Below, one piece after another: positions 37,252 through 50,500 of a stretch of 64,000 bases of DNA. The first letter of the stretch is position 1; each line of letters opens with the position of its first letter. The notes beneath the pieces were generated by a model that had not been told where the DNA came from, did no database searches, and saw only the letters and a program-made list of their open reading frames with translations. Origin of the DNA: Azolla caroliniana (taxonomy: Eukaryota; Plantae; Polypodiophyta); assembly GCA_043228905.1 (NCBI GenBank), contig JBHGNT010000009.1, positions 12,896,001 to 12,960,000 on the forward strand, in the 5' to 3' direction. Position numbers and translations under genes: made by a program.

Positions 37252-40200
37252 ATGGACGAATCGTTTGGCGGCATGTTCAAGCTCACCAGCTCCAACTATT
37301 CAGTGTGGAAGTCGAAGATGAGGTACATGCTCGTGGTTAAAGATCTTTGGTTACCGGTTCAGTTCGGGGACAAGAGACTGGACAAGATCGACGCCACAAT
37401 ATGGGAGGTGATGCACATGAAGACAACGGCATACATACGGTGCTTCATCGACATGAGCCTATACAACAACTTCAATGAAGAGAGCAAGGCTCATGAGCTC
37501 TGGGAGAAGATCGGCATTATGTTTCAGAACAAAAATGTTGTTAATCAGGTTTCGTTATTCCGGAAGTTAGTAAGACTCCGGTACCAAGATGGCTCCAGCA
37601 TGGCGGAGCACATGAATGCCTTCCAGGGGCTGATCCACCAGGCAACTTCATTGGAAGTACCTCTCGCCGATGAGGTACTAGCACTACTCCTGCTCGGCTC
37701 CCTCCCGAATAGCTGGGAGACGTTGGTTGTCACTTTGGGCAACGCCGGGCTGGAAGGAAAGCGGTTATCCCTAGCAAGAGTAAAGTCAAGCTTGCTAGAT
37801 GAGGAGGCGTGTCGGAAAGATAAAGATACGAGCTCCGACTCCAAAGCGCTCCTTACCGAATTGGAATGCGGAAGACATAGAAACCATAGTCCCCAGAACC
37901 GGGAGAAGTTGGGGACACGGTCAAAGTCAAGGGGAAGGCCTACTTTCTTCTATTGCGACAAGCCGGGACACTTCCAGAAGAATTGTCGACATTTCTGGAA
38001 AGACAAGGAAACCGATGGTACCGATTCGAAGCGGACACCGGACCGAAACGGTAAAGACCAAAGGGGGCCGGACCGGAAGGGAACGACGGCAATCGCGGCA
38101 AGTGAAGAAGAGTTGATGCTCATCACCGAGGAGAGTGAGATAAACCTTGCCGGCGACAAGATGACCTGGGTGGTAGACTCTGAAGCGTCGTTCCACCTTA
38201 CCCCGGACCGGAAATGCTTCTCATTCTACGCAGCCGGTGATCACGACTGTGTCCGAATGAGGAATGAAGGTACATGCCAAATTGTCGGCATAGGAGACGT
38301 GTGGCTAACAACACCAACCGAATGCAAGTTGCTGCTGAAGGATGTCTGACACATTCCGGAGGTTCGTCTGAACCTGATATCAGCCGGTTGGCTAGATGAT
38401 GAAGGCTACACGGGTAGCATCCGGAACGGTGTCATGAAGTTCAGTGAAGGGAGCCTGATTGTGGCTCGGGCCCGGAAGGTCAACACACTGTACCTGATGA
38501 ACGCCTGATTCTGTCCGGAAGAAGTGAACGTGGCATCCGACACTGCCGGTGAGCTGTGGCACAAGAGGCTGTGTCATATGACGGAGAAGGGGATGAAGAG
38601 GCTTGCAGACGACAACCTCATTCCAGTGAAGAACGTGCACTTGGAGAAGTGCACTGATTGTCTCGCTGGTAAGCAAAACCGGACCTCCTTCCGACCAAGG
38701 CCACCGATGAGACGTAATGCACCACTGGAGTTGGTGCATACGGATGTGTGTCAAGTAGACACGAAGTCACATGCCGGAGCGCAGTACTTCGTGACATTCA
38801 TAGATGACCACAGCCGGAAGTTATGGGCCACACCGTTGAAGACGAAGGATCAGGTGCTATCAGTCTTCAAAGAGCTCCACGCGAGAGTAGAAAGAGAAAC
38901 CGGTCAGAGGTTGAAGGCGGTTCGAGCAGATAACGGAGGAGAATACTGGGGGCAGTTCGAGGAGTACTACCGCTCGAAGGGAATCCGGCTCGAATTTACC
39001 GTGCCGAAGACACCGAAACTAAACAGGCTGGACGAGAGGATGAACCGGATCATAATGGAGAGGGTCCGGAGTATGCTAGCGCATGCAAAACTACCCAAGA
39101 AGTTTTGGGCTGAGGCACTGTCGACAGCGACATACGTGATAAACAGATCACCCTCCGTACCCTCGGACGGAGACACGCCACAGAGAGTCTGGACCGGTAA
39201 GGAAGTGTCCTACCGGCATTTGAAGGTGTTCGGGTGTCTCGCGTATGTGCATGTAGCTAAGGACCGGAGAGGAAAGTTAGATCCAAAGACCCGGCCATGC
39301 ATATTCCTCGGTTACGGCGACGATGAGTTCGGCTACCGAGTGTGGGACCCGGTCAACAAGAAGGTATTCCGGAGTCGAGATATTATCTTCATGGAGGACA
39401 AGACGCTCGCCGACTGGGAGTCGGAGAAGAAGATAATTAACTCCGAGTCGACCGGTAAGGATAGACTCTACAATGAAAAGACCCAACCGGCAAGAGACCG
39501 GTTAACACTCGAGGAGCCAGCCGGTTACGGTGAGGATATCGAACCGGCAGAAGAAGAAGTAGAGGAAGCTGAAACCGGAACCAGCAAAGACCCCGAATCA
39601 GATTTGGATGAAGAGCAAATAGAGGAGCCGGTTACCGAAGCCCAGAGACGGAGATATCCTCTAAGAGAGAGAAGGGCCCCCCGGAGATTTCCGAATGCAG
39701 AGCATGTGCTACTAACCGATGAGGGGGAGCCAGAAAGCTTCGAAGAAGCGAAGGATGACACCCACAACCGCAAATGGTTAAGTGCCATGCAGGATGAGAT
39801 GGATTCCCTGCATGAGAACCATACGTTGTCGTGAAGATTTCCGACTATAGTGTGAAACCGGGGTGGAATGGGCAAGTCGGTGGTGTGCAACATGTGCACG
39901 TGTATACTAGGATATGGTGTATAGAAAGAGAGGGGAAAATTTTGTCCCACATTGTAAGGTCCCTCCCTCCTTGGGCTATTATAAAAGGAAGGGAGGGGTC
40001 ACTTATGAAGGGTTGCCTATTTTGTGCGAGTAAGGTATACCACTTAGTCTAGGGTTCTCCCTCTTCCCATTTCGTTTTAGGGTTAGGGTTTCGGTTAGGG
40101 TTTTCTTCTTGGGTTTCCCTTTAGGGTTTTCAGATAGTCATTTTGGTGCGGCCATGGCGGCCACCATTGTTGTAACCATTCGTTTTTTTAATATAACTTG

Positions 40201-41536
40201 TTGAGCATCTTGCCTCCGCCGATCCCTCCTTCGATGTCGTGGTCTTATTCTTTCCTCTTCTCCTCTTGAGCTAAGCCTCCATATCATGTCCTATTCTTTC
40301 TCCTCCACTCCCTAGTCCAAGACCCCCGCGGTCCCGCCCCTTCTACACACATGCGCGTAACAACGCGACAACGTACGAATTGGTGGAGTTGCCGAAAGGA
40401 AAGCGGACACTCCGAAACAAGTGGGTGTACAAGTTGAAACCGGGAGATGCCGGCAACCCCCCAAGATACAAAACCAGGATCGTGGTGAAGGGGTTCCAGC
40501 AGAAAAAGGGCGTAGACTTTGACGAGATATTTGCCCCGATAGTAAAGATGACCTCCATTCGGACGGTGCTGAGTATAGCGGCAAGCATGGACCTCGAGGT
40601 AGAGCAGCTAGACGTGAAGACGACATTCCTTCACGGTGACCTCGAAGAGGAGATCTACATCCAGCAACCGGAGGGATTTGTGGAGGAAGGGAAGGAGCAC
40701 CTAGTATGTCGGTTGAAGAAGAGCTTGTACGGACTAAAGCAGGCTCCCCGACAATGGTACCGGAAGTTCGATTCCTTCATGACCGATCAAGGGTACCACA
40801 AGACGCAAGCCGATCACCGCATGTTTATGAAGAAGTTCAAAGGAGGCGACTTTCTGATGCTCATTCTGTACGTGGATGACATGTTGATCGTCAGACGGGA
40901 CCAAGTCAAAATATGGATGCTGAAGAAGGCCCTCAACCAGACCTTCTCAATGAAAGACTTGGGTCCGGCAAGACAGATGTTGGGGATGCATATCATCCGG
41001 AACCAACCAATGAAGCAATTATGGCTGTCATAGGAGAAGTACGTGACAAAGGTGCTTCATCGGTTCAACATGTCAGATGCGAAACCGATCGGATCGACAC
41101 TTCCGGCAAACTGCAGGTTATCCGGCAAGCAAAGCCCGAAGACGAAAGCAAAGAAGGCGGATATGATGAAGATTCCATATCCCTCTGCCATCGGGAGCTT
41201 GATGTACGCAATGGTGTGTACCCGACCGGATATAGGATACGCAATCGGAGTGGTGAGCCGGTTTATGAGCAATCCCGGCAAGGAGCACTAGAACGCGGTC
41301 AAATGGATACTCCGGTATTTGAAGGGCACTTCAAATATGTGTCTCCGATTTGGCTCCAGAAAACCTCAACCTGACGGTTTCACCGATTCGGACATGTCAG
41401 CTGATGTGGATACCAGCCAGTCTACATCCGGGTATGTAATGACATATGCAGGGGGAGCTGTTTCGTGGCAGTCGAGGCTGCAGAAGACGGTTGCGTTGTC
41501 AACCACGGAGGCGGAGTACATGGCAGCTGTGGAAGC
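37252..41536 (+). pseudogene. Copia gag-pol polyprotein with stop codons and a solo-LTR insertion
   Basis: YCDKPGHFQKNC, WVVDSEASFH, WHKRLCH, VHTDVC, LKKSLYGLKQAPRQW, LYVDDML, GFTDSD. Confidence 0.92.
39827..40370 (+). mobile_element. Solo LTR (Trp-family termini), TSD ACGT
   Basis: TGTCGTG...CGCGACA ends. Removal restores HENHTYELVELP. Confidence 0.92.
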
Positions 41537-42220
41537 CCCGACGCCGAAACCGTATGAGGAGTACCCGGCTACGGAGAGCCGGATGGTGCAGACCCGGTGA
41601 AGATCGGATGAGGAGTACCCGGCTACGGAGAGCCAGATGGTGGACCCGGTGAAGACCAGATGAGGAGTACTCGGTTATGGAGAGCCAGATGGTGCAGACC
41701 CGATGAAGACCAGATGAGGAGTACCCAGCTACGGAGAGCCGGATGGTGCAGACCCAGTGAGAAGTGCTCACCGGATGAAGAGACATATTCGTAAATATGT
41801 TTCTGAGAGCCCATCATGGCTATATTTGTAAATAGCCGAAAAGTCATATTAGTATAAATATGACTTAGGGCAAACTTTTATGTTGTTGTCATTCATGTTG
41901 GTGCAGGGAGAGAGAGAGTGCGTAACTGTGTACAGAGAGAGAGAGAGAGAGAGGTCGTTGCCTCTGTTGTAACCGCCGCCTGTGGCGAGGATCATGAGCA
42001 CGAGGTCGTTGCCTCCGTGAACTCACTGTTGTACCTTCTAACATAGTAATAGTTTGCAGCCTGTGGGCTACCGTGGTTTTTCCCTTAGTTTGGGTTTTCC
42101 ACGTAAACATCCTGTGTACCCTCCTCTTCTTTGTGTCGTGTTTTATTTCCCGGTTTCTGTGTATGATTTTAAGCTCGGTTGTGGCCGAGCGTTGCGCATA
42201 AGGAACGTTGTAGTTCCCGT

Positions 42221-45200
42221 TGTCGTGTGAATCTTCACACACTATGTAAAGAAATAATGAAATAATTATTATAGATTAGTTTAGTAGGTTACTATAGAAA
42301 GATGATATACTCAAGAGCTTCAAAATGTATTTTACTATATACAAAATGGAGAAATATATACCAAGTTATGAGAAAATAAAGTTTGATTAGATAGGGAAAT
42401 TAGAACTATCCCACATAGATAGGAAAGTTAAGGCCCTAGCTATATAAACACCTTGAGGTCCCTCATTTTTCATTTGTGCTAAGAGCACTTTGGCCACTTT
42501 GTCTTGATGGATGATGGTGGCCAAATTCCTTAAAACTGGAAATGGGCTGGTAAGTAAATCCGGAAAACAGGTTTGGTAAGCAAATCCGGAAACAAGCCGG
42601 TAAGCAAATCCGGAAACCAGCTGGTATACAATCCGGAAACTGGCCGGTATGCAAAATTGGAACCGTCCGGCATGCAAAACTGGAACCGGAATGCGTATGC
42701 AAACCAGCCCGTAAGCAAAACCGGAAACGGCCGGCTAGCAAACCGGAACCGGAACGGGTATGCAAACCGGAAATTGGTTGGTAAGCAAAACCGGAATCGG
42801 CCGGTAAGCAAAACCGGAACCGGAACCGGCAAGCAAACCGGAAACCGGCCGGTAAGCAAAACCGGAACCGGTTGGCAAGCAAAACCGGAACCGGAACCGG
42901 CAAGCAAACCGGAACGGGCCGGCAAGCAAAACCGGAACCGGAACCGGCCGGCAAGCAAAACTGGAACTGGAACCGGCAAGCAAACCGGAACTGGCCGACA
43001 AGCAAAATGGAACCGGCTACCGGACGAGGTTGGACGCGGACGGACGAAAGATTGGATCATGCAACAAACTAAAGTAAAGTGAAGAGAACTAAAGTAAAGG
43101 CCATGTGGACGCAAGGAACTAAAGAAGGGAGTGCATGGAAAAAGTAAAGGTCATGTGGACAGTCACATGCAACCACAAGAAAAAGCTAGGCAACTAAAAG
43201 AAAAAGCTAGGCAACTAAAAGTAGAGGCCATGCAACAAAAAGTGGAAAGCCTATGATCAAAGGGAGAACTCCATATTTATTCCATTTTTTTTTTGGCTAC
43301 ACTAGGACAGACTCTCCATATTATCAAATTTTTCTTTTCTTTTCTTTGGGAGCTCTCTAATCTTATCGAAGCCAAGAACCCTAATCTTCCCTACGGAAGT
43401 TATCTCTCAAGTAAACCATAATTTCTATACGGAAGCAATCTCTCAAAATCCAAAATTCATTGTCAAAGCCATATCACTCAAGAATCATAATCTCTTATTT
43501 CCTCTAATCTATTATTCTAATCATCTCCATAAGATAAAACTTTTGTAATCCCAATCTTGGGATTGATTGTAATCTTTCTTTCCCTTTTATTAATGAAATT
43601 TGTTAATCTTTCTCATTTCGGTTAATTCGTAGTACATAAATACACGAATTTGATATCCTCTAGAGAAAGGCCCCGGGGTCTTGCCTCAACGTTCACGTAT
43701 CCTCGTCGTATTTTCGCGACATCTTTGGTGAACCCGACGTGAAACGAGGCGGTAGGAGGATATCTCATGGAGGCATGTAGATACAAAGAACCGAAGAGAT
43801 GCAAACTATACGAGTTCAATCAATGGGTATCATCATTAAAGACCCACCAAAGTGCCATGCATGCTTTCGTTGAGTTCGAGTGTCACTTTGCACAACTCTC
43901 GGAGCGGGATCAAAGATTGGTGAGGGTGGAAAAAGTGCTAATGTTTGTGAAATCGATAGACCGGAAGGAAAGGAATGCCATTGGAATCCGACTTGAAGAT
44001 GACGATGGTGCAAATGGCCTCACAGAAGATTGGACGAAAGTGGAAAGAGTATGTCGACTTCACGATGAGAGGAAGGCAAGATTCTCATCGGTGACAACAC
44101 AACGTACTAGGGATGGTGAAAAGAGGACGGGAAGCAACTACAAACTACCACCTAAAGAAGGAAACTCGAAGAGGGAAGGTTCAACAATACTCGACATAGA
44201 AGTCTTGATGGAAGAGGCATTCGAGAACTTAAAGACGCAAGTTGAGGCTGAAGAGAAGCTTCAAAAGGAGCAAAAATTGAAGCAAATGATGAGCAAGGAA
44301 AAAGAGGCCTCCCAACAAATGCGGATTAATGTTACGGCTGATACAAAGGCCCAGGTTCGGTACCACTATGTAACCACGGAAGAAGGTGTGGAACAAGAGA
44401 CCTTTTCATCTTGCAAAGAAAGAATGAAAAAGAAAGAAACCAATGAATTGAGGGTGGCGAATGCCACTTCAAGCGAAGACAAATGTTTCGGAACACACAT
44501 CGTGTCTGAAACATCAAGTGATGAAGATGCTAGCATGAGCAAAGCTTCCATGATCGAGGGAGATAAAAAGTGTGAGGCCGACATGATTGAGGAGGTAGCC
44601 ACAAGAAACGACATTGAGTCAGAGGTGGCTAAAGACCAGTCAATGGCGGATGGCGGTGTCAAGACTTTCTCCACACTTGTTCTAGAGACTTGGGCAGATG
44701 CGTCGGAAAGCAAACGTGAGACCCAAGAGACGGAAGGTGGCGGCGAGGAAGTGAAGGTCAAGGCTAATTCATGCGAAGAAGAAGGAGACGTTAAGCCGAA
44801 GAGGGTAGAAGACGATCATGAAGAGACTTTCCCCACAAAAGTTCTTGAGACTTGGGCATTAACCGATGTAAGACCCAAGCGAAGGACGGTGGCGGCAAAG
44901 AAACAAAGATCAACATCAACACGAACAACCATAAGGTGGAAGTGGCAAAGAGTAGCACGACAAAGTCAATGCCAAACTACAAAATTCCTCCACACTTGTT
45001 TGAAAGACTTGGGCATTAATCGATGTAAGACCCAAGAGAAGGACGATGGAGGCGAGGAAGCAAGGGTTAAAGCCAATGTGTGCAACAAGGAAGTAAAGCA
45101 AAGCAAAATGATGAAAGTCCATGTGTGCGACAAAGAGGTCAAGCAAAGCATGAAGACAAAAGCAAATGTGTGCGACAAAGAGACCAAGCAAACCTCAAAA

Positions 45201-47147
45201 AGTAAAGATGGGGGCCAAGTGGGCCAATCGGATACGAAAGATGTGATCACAAATCTAACAAGGATAATACTAGCATAGAAGTCATAGTCAATTCTAACAC
45301 AAGAGTATACCACAAAAGTGGACAAAGTGGGAAGCATACAATGTGGTCACTTAAGGACCTACAAGAGAGCATGTCGTTAAAGAATGGACCACTAAGAGTA
45401 CTCAACAATAGTACTTCGATAAGGCCTTTGAAAGACATGCATGGAACAAGAAAGAATGATAAGAGAAAATTAGATGACCAAGGAGATGGCCGAGATGAAG
45501 GTGGCACATGCATAAGGAGTGAAGCATTATGCTCTAGAGGAGCAAAGAGAGCCATGAAAATCGGTCATGGAAATGCACAAATTGAGCGAAGAATATGGTG
45601 GATCGGATGGCAATGGCGATTCGGGTACATCAACAAAAAATTAAAGTAAACAAAAATGGAACCTCATCACAATTGGCACATACCGGTGGATGTGCAGGTT
45701 TGGTGGGGGTGAATGTCATGTGAATCTTCACACACTATGTAAAAAAATAATGAAATAATTATTATAGATTAGTTTAGTAGGTTACTATAGAAAGATGATA
45801 TACTCAAGAGCTTCAAAATGTATTTTACTATATACAAAATGGAGAAATACATACCAAGTTATGAGAAAATAAAGTTTGATTAGATAGGGAAATTAGAACT
45901 ATCCCACATAGATAAGAAAGTTAAGGCCCTGGCTATATAAACACCTTGAGGTCCCTCATTTTTCATTTGTGCTAAGAGCACTTTGGCCACTTTGTCTTGA
46001 TGGATGATGGTGGCCAAATTCCTTAAAACCGGAAATGGGCCGGTAAGCAAATCCGGAAAACGGGTCTGGTAAGCAAATCTGGAAATGGGCCGGTAAGCAA
46101 ATCCGGAAACCGGCTGGTATGCAAAACCGGAACCGGAACGAGTATGCAAACTGGCCCGTAAGCAAAACCGGAAACGGTCGGTAAGCAAACCGGAACCGGA
46201 ATGGGTATGCAAACCGAAAACCGGCTGGTAAGCAAAATCGGAACCGGCCGGTAAGCAAAACCGGAACCGGAACCGTCAAGCAAACCGGAAACCGGCCGGT
46301 AAGCAAAACCGGAACTGGTCGGCAAGCAAAACCGGAATCGGAACCGGCAAGCAAATCGGAACCGGCCGGCAAGCAAAACCGGAACCGGAACCGGCCGGCA
46401 AGCAAAACCGGAATTGGAACCGGCAAACAAACCGGAACCGGCCGACAAGCAAAATGGAACCGGCTACCAGACGAGGTTGGACGCGGACGGACGAAAGATT
46501 GGATCATGCAACAAACTAAAGTAAAGTGAAGAGAACTAAAGTAAAGGCCATGTGGACGCAAGCAACTAAAGAAGGGAGTGCATGGAAAAAGTAAAGGTCA
46601 TGTGGACAGTCACATGCAACCAAAAGAAAAAGCTAGGCAACTAAAAGTAGAGGCCATGCAACAAAAAGTGGAAAGACTATGATCAAAGGGAGAACTCCAT
46701 ATTTATTCCATTTTTTTTTTGGCTACACTAGGACAGACTCTCCATATTATCAAATTTTATTTTATTTTTCTTTGGGAGCTCTCTTATCTTATCGAAGCCA
46801 AGAACCCTAATCTTCCCTACGGAAGTTATCTCTCAAGTAAACCATAATTTTTATACGGGAGCAATCTCTCAAAATCCAAAATTCATTGTCAAAGCCATAT
46901 CACTCAAGAATCATAATCTCTTATTTCCTCTAATCTATTATTCTAATCATCTCCATAAGATAAAAATTTTGTAATCCCAATCTTGGGATTGATTGTAATC
47001 TTTCTTTCCCTTTTATTAATGAAATTTGTTAATCTTTCTCATTTCAGTTAATTCTTAGTACATAAATACACGAATTTGATATCCTCTAGAGAAAGGCCCC
47101 GGGGTCTCGCCTCAACGTTCACGTATCCTCGTCGTATTTTCGCGACA
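42221..47147 (+). mobile_element. Non-autonomous (pol-less) LTR element: LTRs 42221-43721 and 45714-47147, tRNA-Trp PBS 43726-43742, PPT, TSD CCGT
   Basis: Similar LTRs of about 1.45 kb, TGGTGAACCCGACGTGA, TTTGGTGGGGGTGAA, and an interior of about 2 kb. Confidence 0.92.
43767..45278 (+). CDS. Gag-derived 503-aa ORF with a long charged low-complexity tail
   Basis: EKVLMFVKSIDRKER...GLTEDWTKV aligns by eye with QKVALFLQAVDKRYR...GITADWNEV of the gag at 8184-9713. Confidence 0.65.
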   Translation: MEACRYKEPKRCKLYEFNQWVSSLKTHQSAMHAFVEFECHFAQLSERDQRLVRVEKVLMFVKSIDRKERNAIGIRLEDDDGANGLTEDWTKVERVCRLHDERKARFSSVTTQRTRDGEKRTGSNYKLPPKEGNSKREGSTILDIEVLMEEAFENLKTQVEAEEKLQKEQKLKQMMSKEKEASQQMRINVTADTKAQVRYHYVTTEEGVEQETFSSCKERMKKKETNELRVANATSSEDKCFGTHIVSETSSDEDASMSKASMIEGDKKCEADMIEEVATRNDIESEVAKDQSMADGGVKTFSTLVLETWADASESKRETQETEGGGEEVKVKANSCEEEGDVKPKRVEDDHEETFPTKVLETWALTDVRPKRRTVAAKKQRSTSTRTTIRWKWQRVARQSQCQTTKFLHTCLKDLGINRCKTQEKDDGGEEARVKANVCNKEVKQSKMMKVHVCDKEVKQSMKTKANVCDKETKQTSKSKDGGQVGQSDTKDVITNLTRIILA

Positions 47148-47558
47148 CCGTCAAAATGCCTCGGGACGAAGGAGAAATCGGAGCTCTTCAAGAGAGTCTG
47201 TTCTCATTCAGGCTAAGTGGGCCGAATGAGCGACTGAGTCGGCATGACCAGTCAGACGCAGAGCCGGTGAGTAGTAGAGACGCGGTCGTGCATTCCCCAT
47301 GAAGGAAGCCGAGGAGACGGTTTATGAGCAGAGAGAAGGGAAAGAAGAAGATGTCGGAGTACGACACTAATAAAGACAAGTTGGATAGAAGCTGATTCAA
47401 CTCCGAGAAGAAAGAAGTCAGCGTTGGCCAAGAGGGCCTCAAAACCGGCTAATGAGCAATTACGCCGATCTACCCGATAGAAGAACCTCGTGGTGCGGTT
47501 CAGATACAACGAGTACGCGGCGCATCATTATGCGTACATGAAGTGAGTGGCGGAAGTG

Positions 47559-50500
47559 CGTATTTTCTCGTAGTGCCGTATTTTCTCGTAGTGCCTTTGC
47601 TTCTACCCACTTGGTGCAATAATCCGTAGCTACCAATATGTATTTATTGCCCGTACGGGCTGCCCCCGGTGTGAAGGGTCCCACAAAATCCAATCCCCAC
47701 TTTTGGAAGGGGTCTAGCCGTAATACGGGCTGGTGTGGCATCCTTGCGCCCTCCGTGGGCTGGCCCATCCGTTGACACAAATCACACTTTCTACAATACT
47801 CGGATGCGTCCTTTTGCGTTGTTGGCCACGATAAGCCCGCCTGCCATATTTTCCGGGCTGTAACGTCGTCCATGCCGTGCCGCAGTGCGCCTCCCGTAAA
47901 ACTACTTCTTTCTCATCTTGACGTACCCCACGTCGCCAGATGCCGTCACTTCTTTTGTGATATAAAACTCCTTCTACGAGGCAGAAGTTACGGCTTTGGA
48001 CGGCTAGTCGTTTCTTCTCGTCCGTGCGTAATTGTGGTGGAGGCAGTTCTGTAGTAAAAAAGTATGTCATTTCCATAAGACACCGGTCCGGAAAGGTCGA
48101 TTACGTTTTGTCTGTTAGTGCTGCTACCCGTAGGATGTCGGCATCCGGAAAATCGTCATCATCTTTCTATACTGTTTCTCCATTCTCGAGTCTGCTCAAA
48201 AAATCTGCCACTGCGTGTTGCATCCCTGGTCGGTGCTGTATTACGAAATTGAATTCTTGGAGCAGCAACATCCATCGCGCCAATTTCCCCGTCAGGGCTT
48301 GTTTCTCCACCAAATACAGCAGGGCAGAATGATCCACGTGGAACGTGAACTTCCTCCCTAGTAAATAGTGCCGTAATTTGTTGATGCTATAGATCATCCC
48401 TAGCGCCTCCCGTTCCGTTGTGGAATAATTACGCTCTACTATTGACAATTTGCGACTAGCATAGTACACTGGCCGGTACCAGTTTGGTTCGGTGAGCTGC
48501 ATTAGCGCACTCCCTATTGCTATGTCTGAGGCGTCGACGAACACGTGGAATGGCTTCGCCCAAACTGGTGGTTGTACGACAGGGGCCTGTGTGAGCATTA
48601 TCTTAAGTGCTTCATAGGCCTTGTCCTCCATCGCAATCCATTGGAAGGGAGTCCGATGTACGGCAACATGTAACGGTGTGGCGAAGTCCGCTAAATATCG
48701 TATCATCCAACTATGCCACCGTATTTGTCCTAAAAACCGGCCAAGTGATTTCGCGTTTGTCGGAGTTTTGGCTTGCGTAATCGCGGAGATCTTGTTCGGA
48801 TCGACCGTTATTCCCTCCTTGATGACTATATGGCCGAGGAGAGTCCCGCTGGTCACGCCGAAAGCACATTTCGCGGGATTCAGGCTTAAGCGTGCTGTGC
48901 GGCAACGTTCCAGGCACAGTTGCAGGTGCGTAAAATGGTCTATTGTTCTCCCATATACCGCAAAGTCGTCTAAAAAAACTTGCATGAACGCCAGAATGTA
49001 TTCCCCAAACATCTCCGTAATTGTCCATTGAAATGTTGCCGGAGCCATCTCTAGCCCGAACATCATGACGACTGCCACATAGACTCCCCAGTCCGTGACA
49101 AATGTCGTCTTTTGCTGGTCCTCGGGATGCATGCATACCTGGTTATACCCACTGAAGCCATCTAAAAAACTGTACATCTCATGTCCTGCGACAGTGTCCA
49201 GTACGCTATCGGTGAATGGTAAAGGGAATGCGTCCGTAATGGTTACGATGTTTAATTTTCGGTAATCCACGCATACCCGTATTTTGCCGTTTTTCTTTGG
49301 AACGACCACTATCGGGCTTAACCATGTGGCTTGTTTAACTGTCCGTATGAACCCTGCCTTTAGGAGTTTGTCAATTTCCTCTTTTACGCGGGCCGCGTAG
49401 TTCGAGTTCATGCGGTAACGACGTTGCTGGACGGGTTTTGCGTCGGTTGCTAAATTGATCTTATGTTGATAGAACTTGGGATCTAACCCCTTCATGTCCT
49501 CGTGAGCCCAAGAGAACACATCTTTATATTTCTTGAGTAGTGCGATCATCGTGTTTCTCTGGTCCGACCTTAATTCCTTTGCGATAGAGAGAAAACGGGG
49601 TTCCGACTCCGTACCCACATTTACTTCTTCCAGGGCGGAAGCGGTGACTCGTCGTGAAATTTCCATTTCCATTTTGAATGCCGCCCGTGCTTTGCTGAGT
49701 TCCAATATGGACACTAGGTTTGGTTCGTAAGCCTCGTCGTGGAGAATAGTGGCCGTAGCATATTCTATCGCGGTTGCGATGACGTCGATTTCGATCAGCG
49801 GAATGATCCGTGGGTGCTCATCTAGGTATGCCTCTAATTCTGCATCCTCTACCCCAGCCAACATATTTATGTCTTCTGCGTATAATGGTGTTATACCCTT
49901 GGGTTGTGGCATACTTCCTTCCATAGGTATGCGAACCTTGGTGCATTTGTGTTGGAAACTGATACATTTGTGTTGCCAGCTCTACTTGATATTTGCTGCC
50001 CGAAGCCATGGTCTGCCCAGAAGCACTGGGTACGCCCCTGGGGCGTCCAAGGCGAGGACGACCGCTGAGATGTCGAAGCGATGTCCGCCCACGATAATGC
50101 CTATCTTGCGAATTAACCCCAATGGTCGTACTGAGCGGGTATCTGCCAATTGGAGCTAGAATGGGCAAGCCTCCCATTCTGAAATGCCTAACTGGTCGCA
50201 AGTTTTCGCGTTAATTACAGTGACACCTGAGCCACCATCGATTACGCATCCAGGAATTTCCTGTCCGTGTAATATTAATGTAATAGCCGGGTTGTGCTGA
50301 TCCACTACTGGTGGTCCATCGCTAACGTCTGTAAGGTTTGTTGTGACGCTCACCCCGGGTATGCCTGTCACCCGTTCTTCCATGGTCTGGAGGAAGCGTG
50401 CGACTAGCTGCAACAGCTTCTCCATGGTTAACGTTATCGAGCAGCCCGCTAATGCCTGCCAAATGGGGTCCGGGACCGGTTCTTTGTCCTCTGGTCACTC

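Larger units (their letters stand above)
36499..47153 (+). mobile_element. Ty1/copia element: 5' LTR 36499-37222, PBS 37225-37236, truncated 3' LTR 41537-42220 plus 47148-47153, TSD AAATC/AAATG
   Basis: LTR pair, TGGTATCAGAGC PBS and gag-PR-IN-RT-RH order. The RNase H end, PPT and start of the 3' LTR are deleted. Confidence 0.9.
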
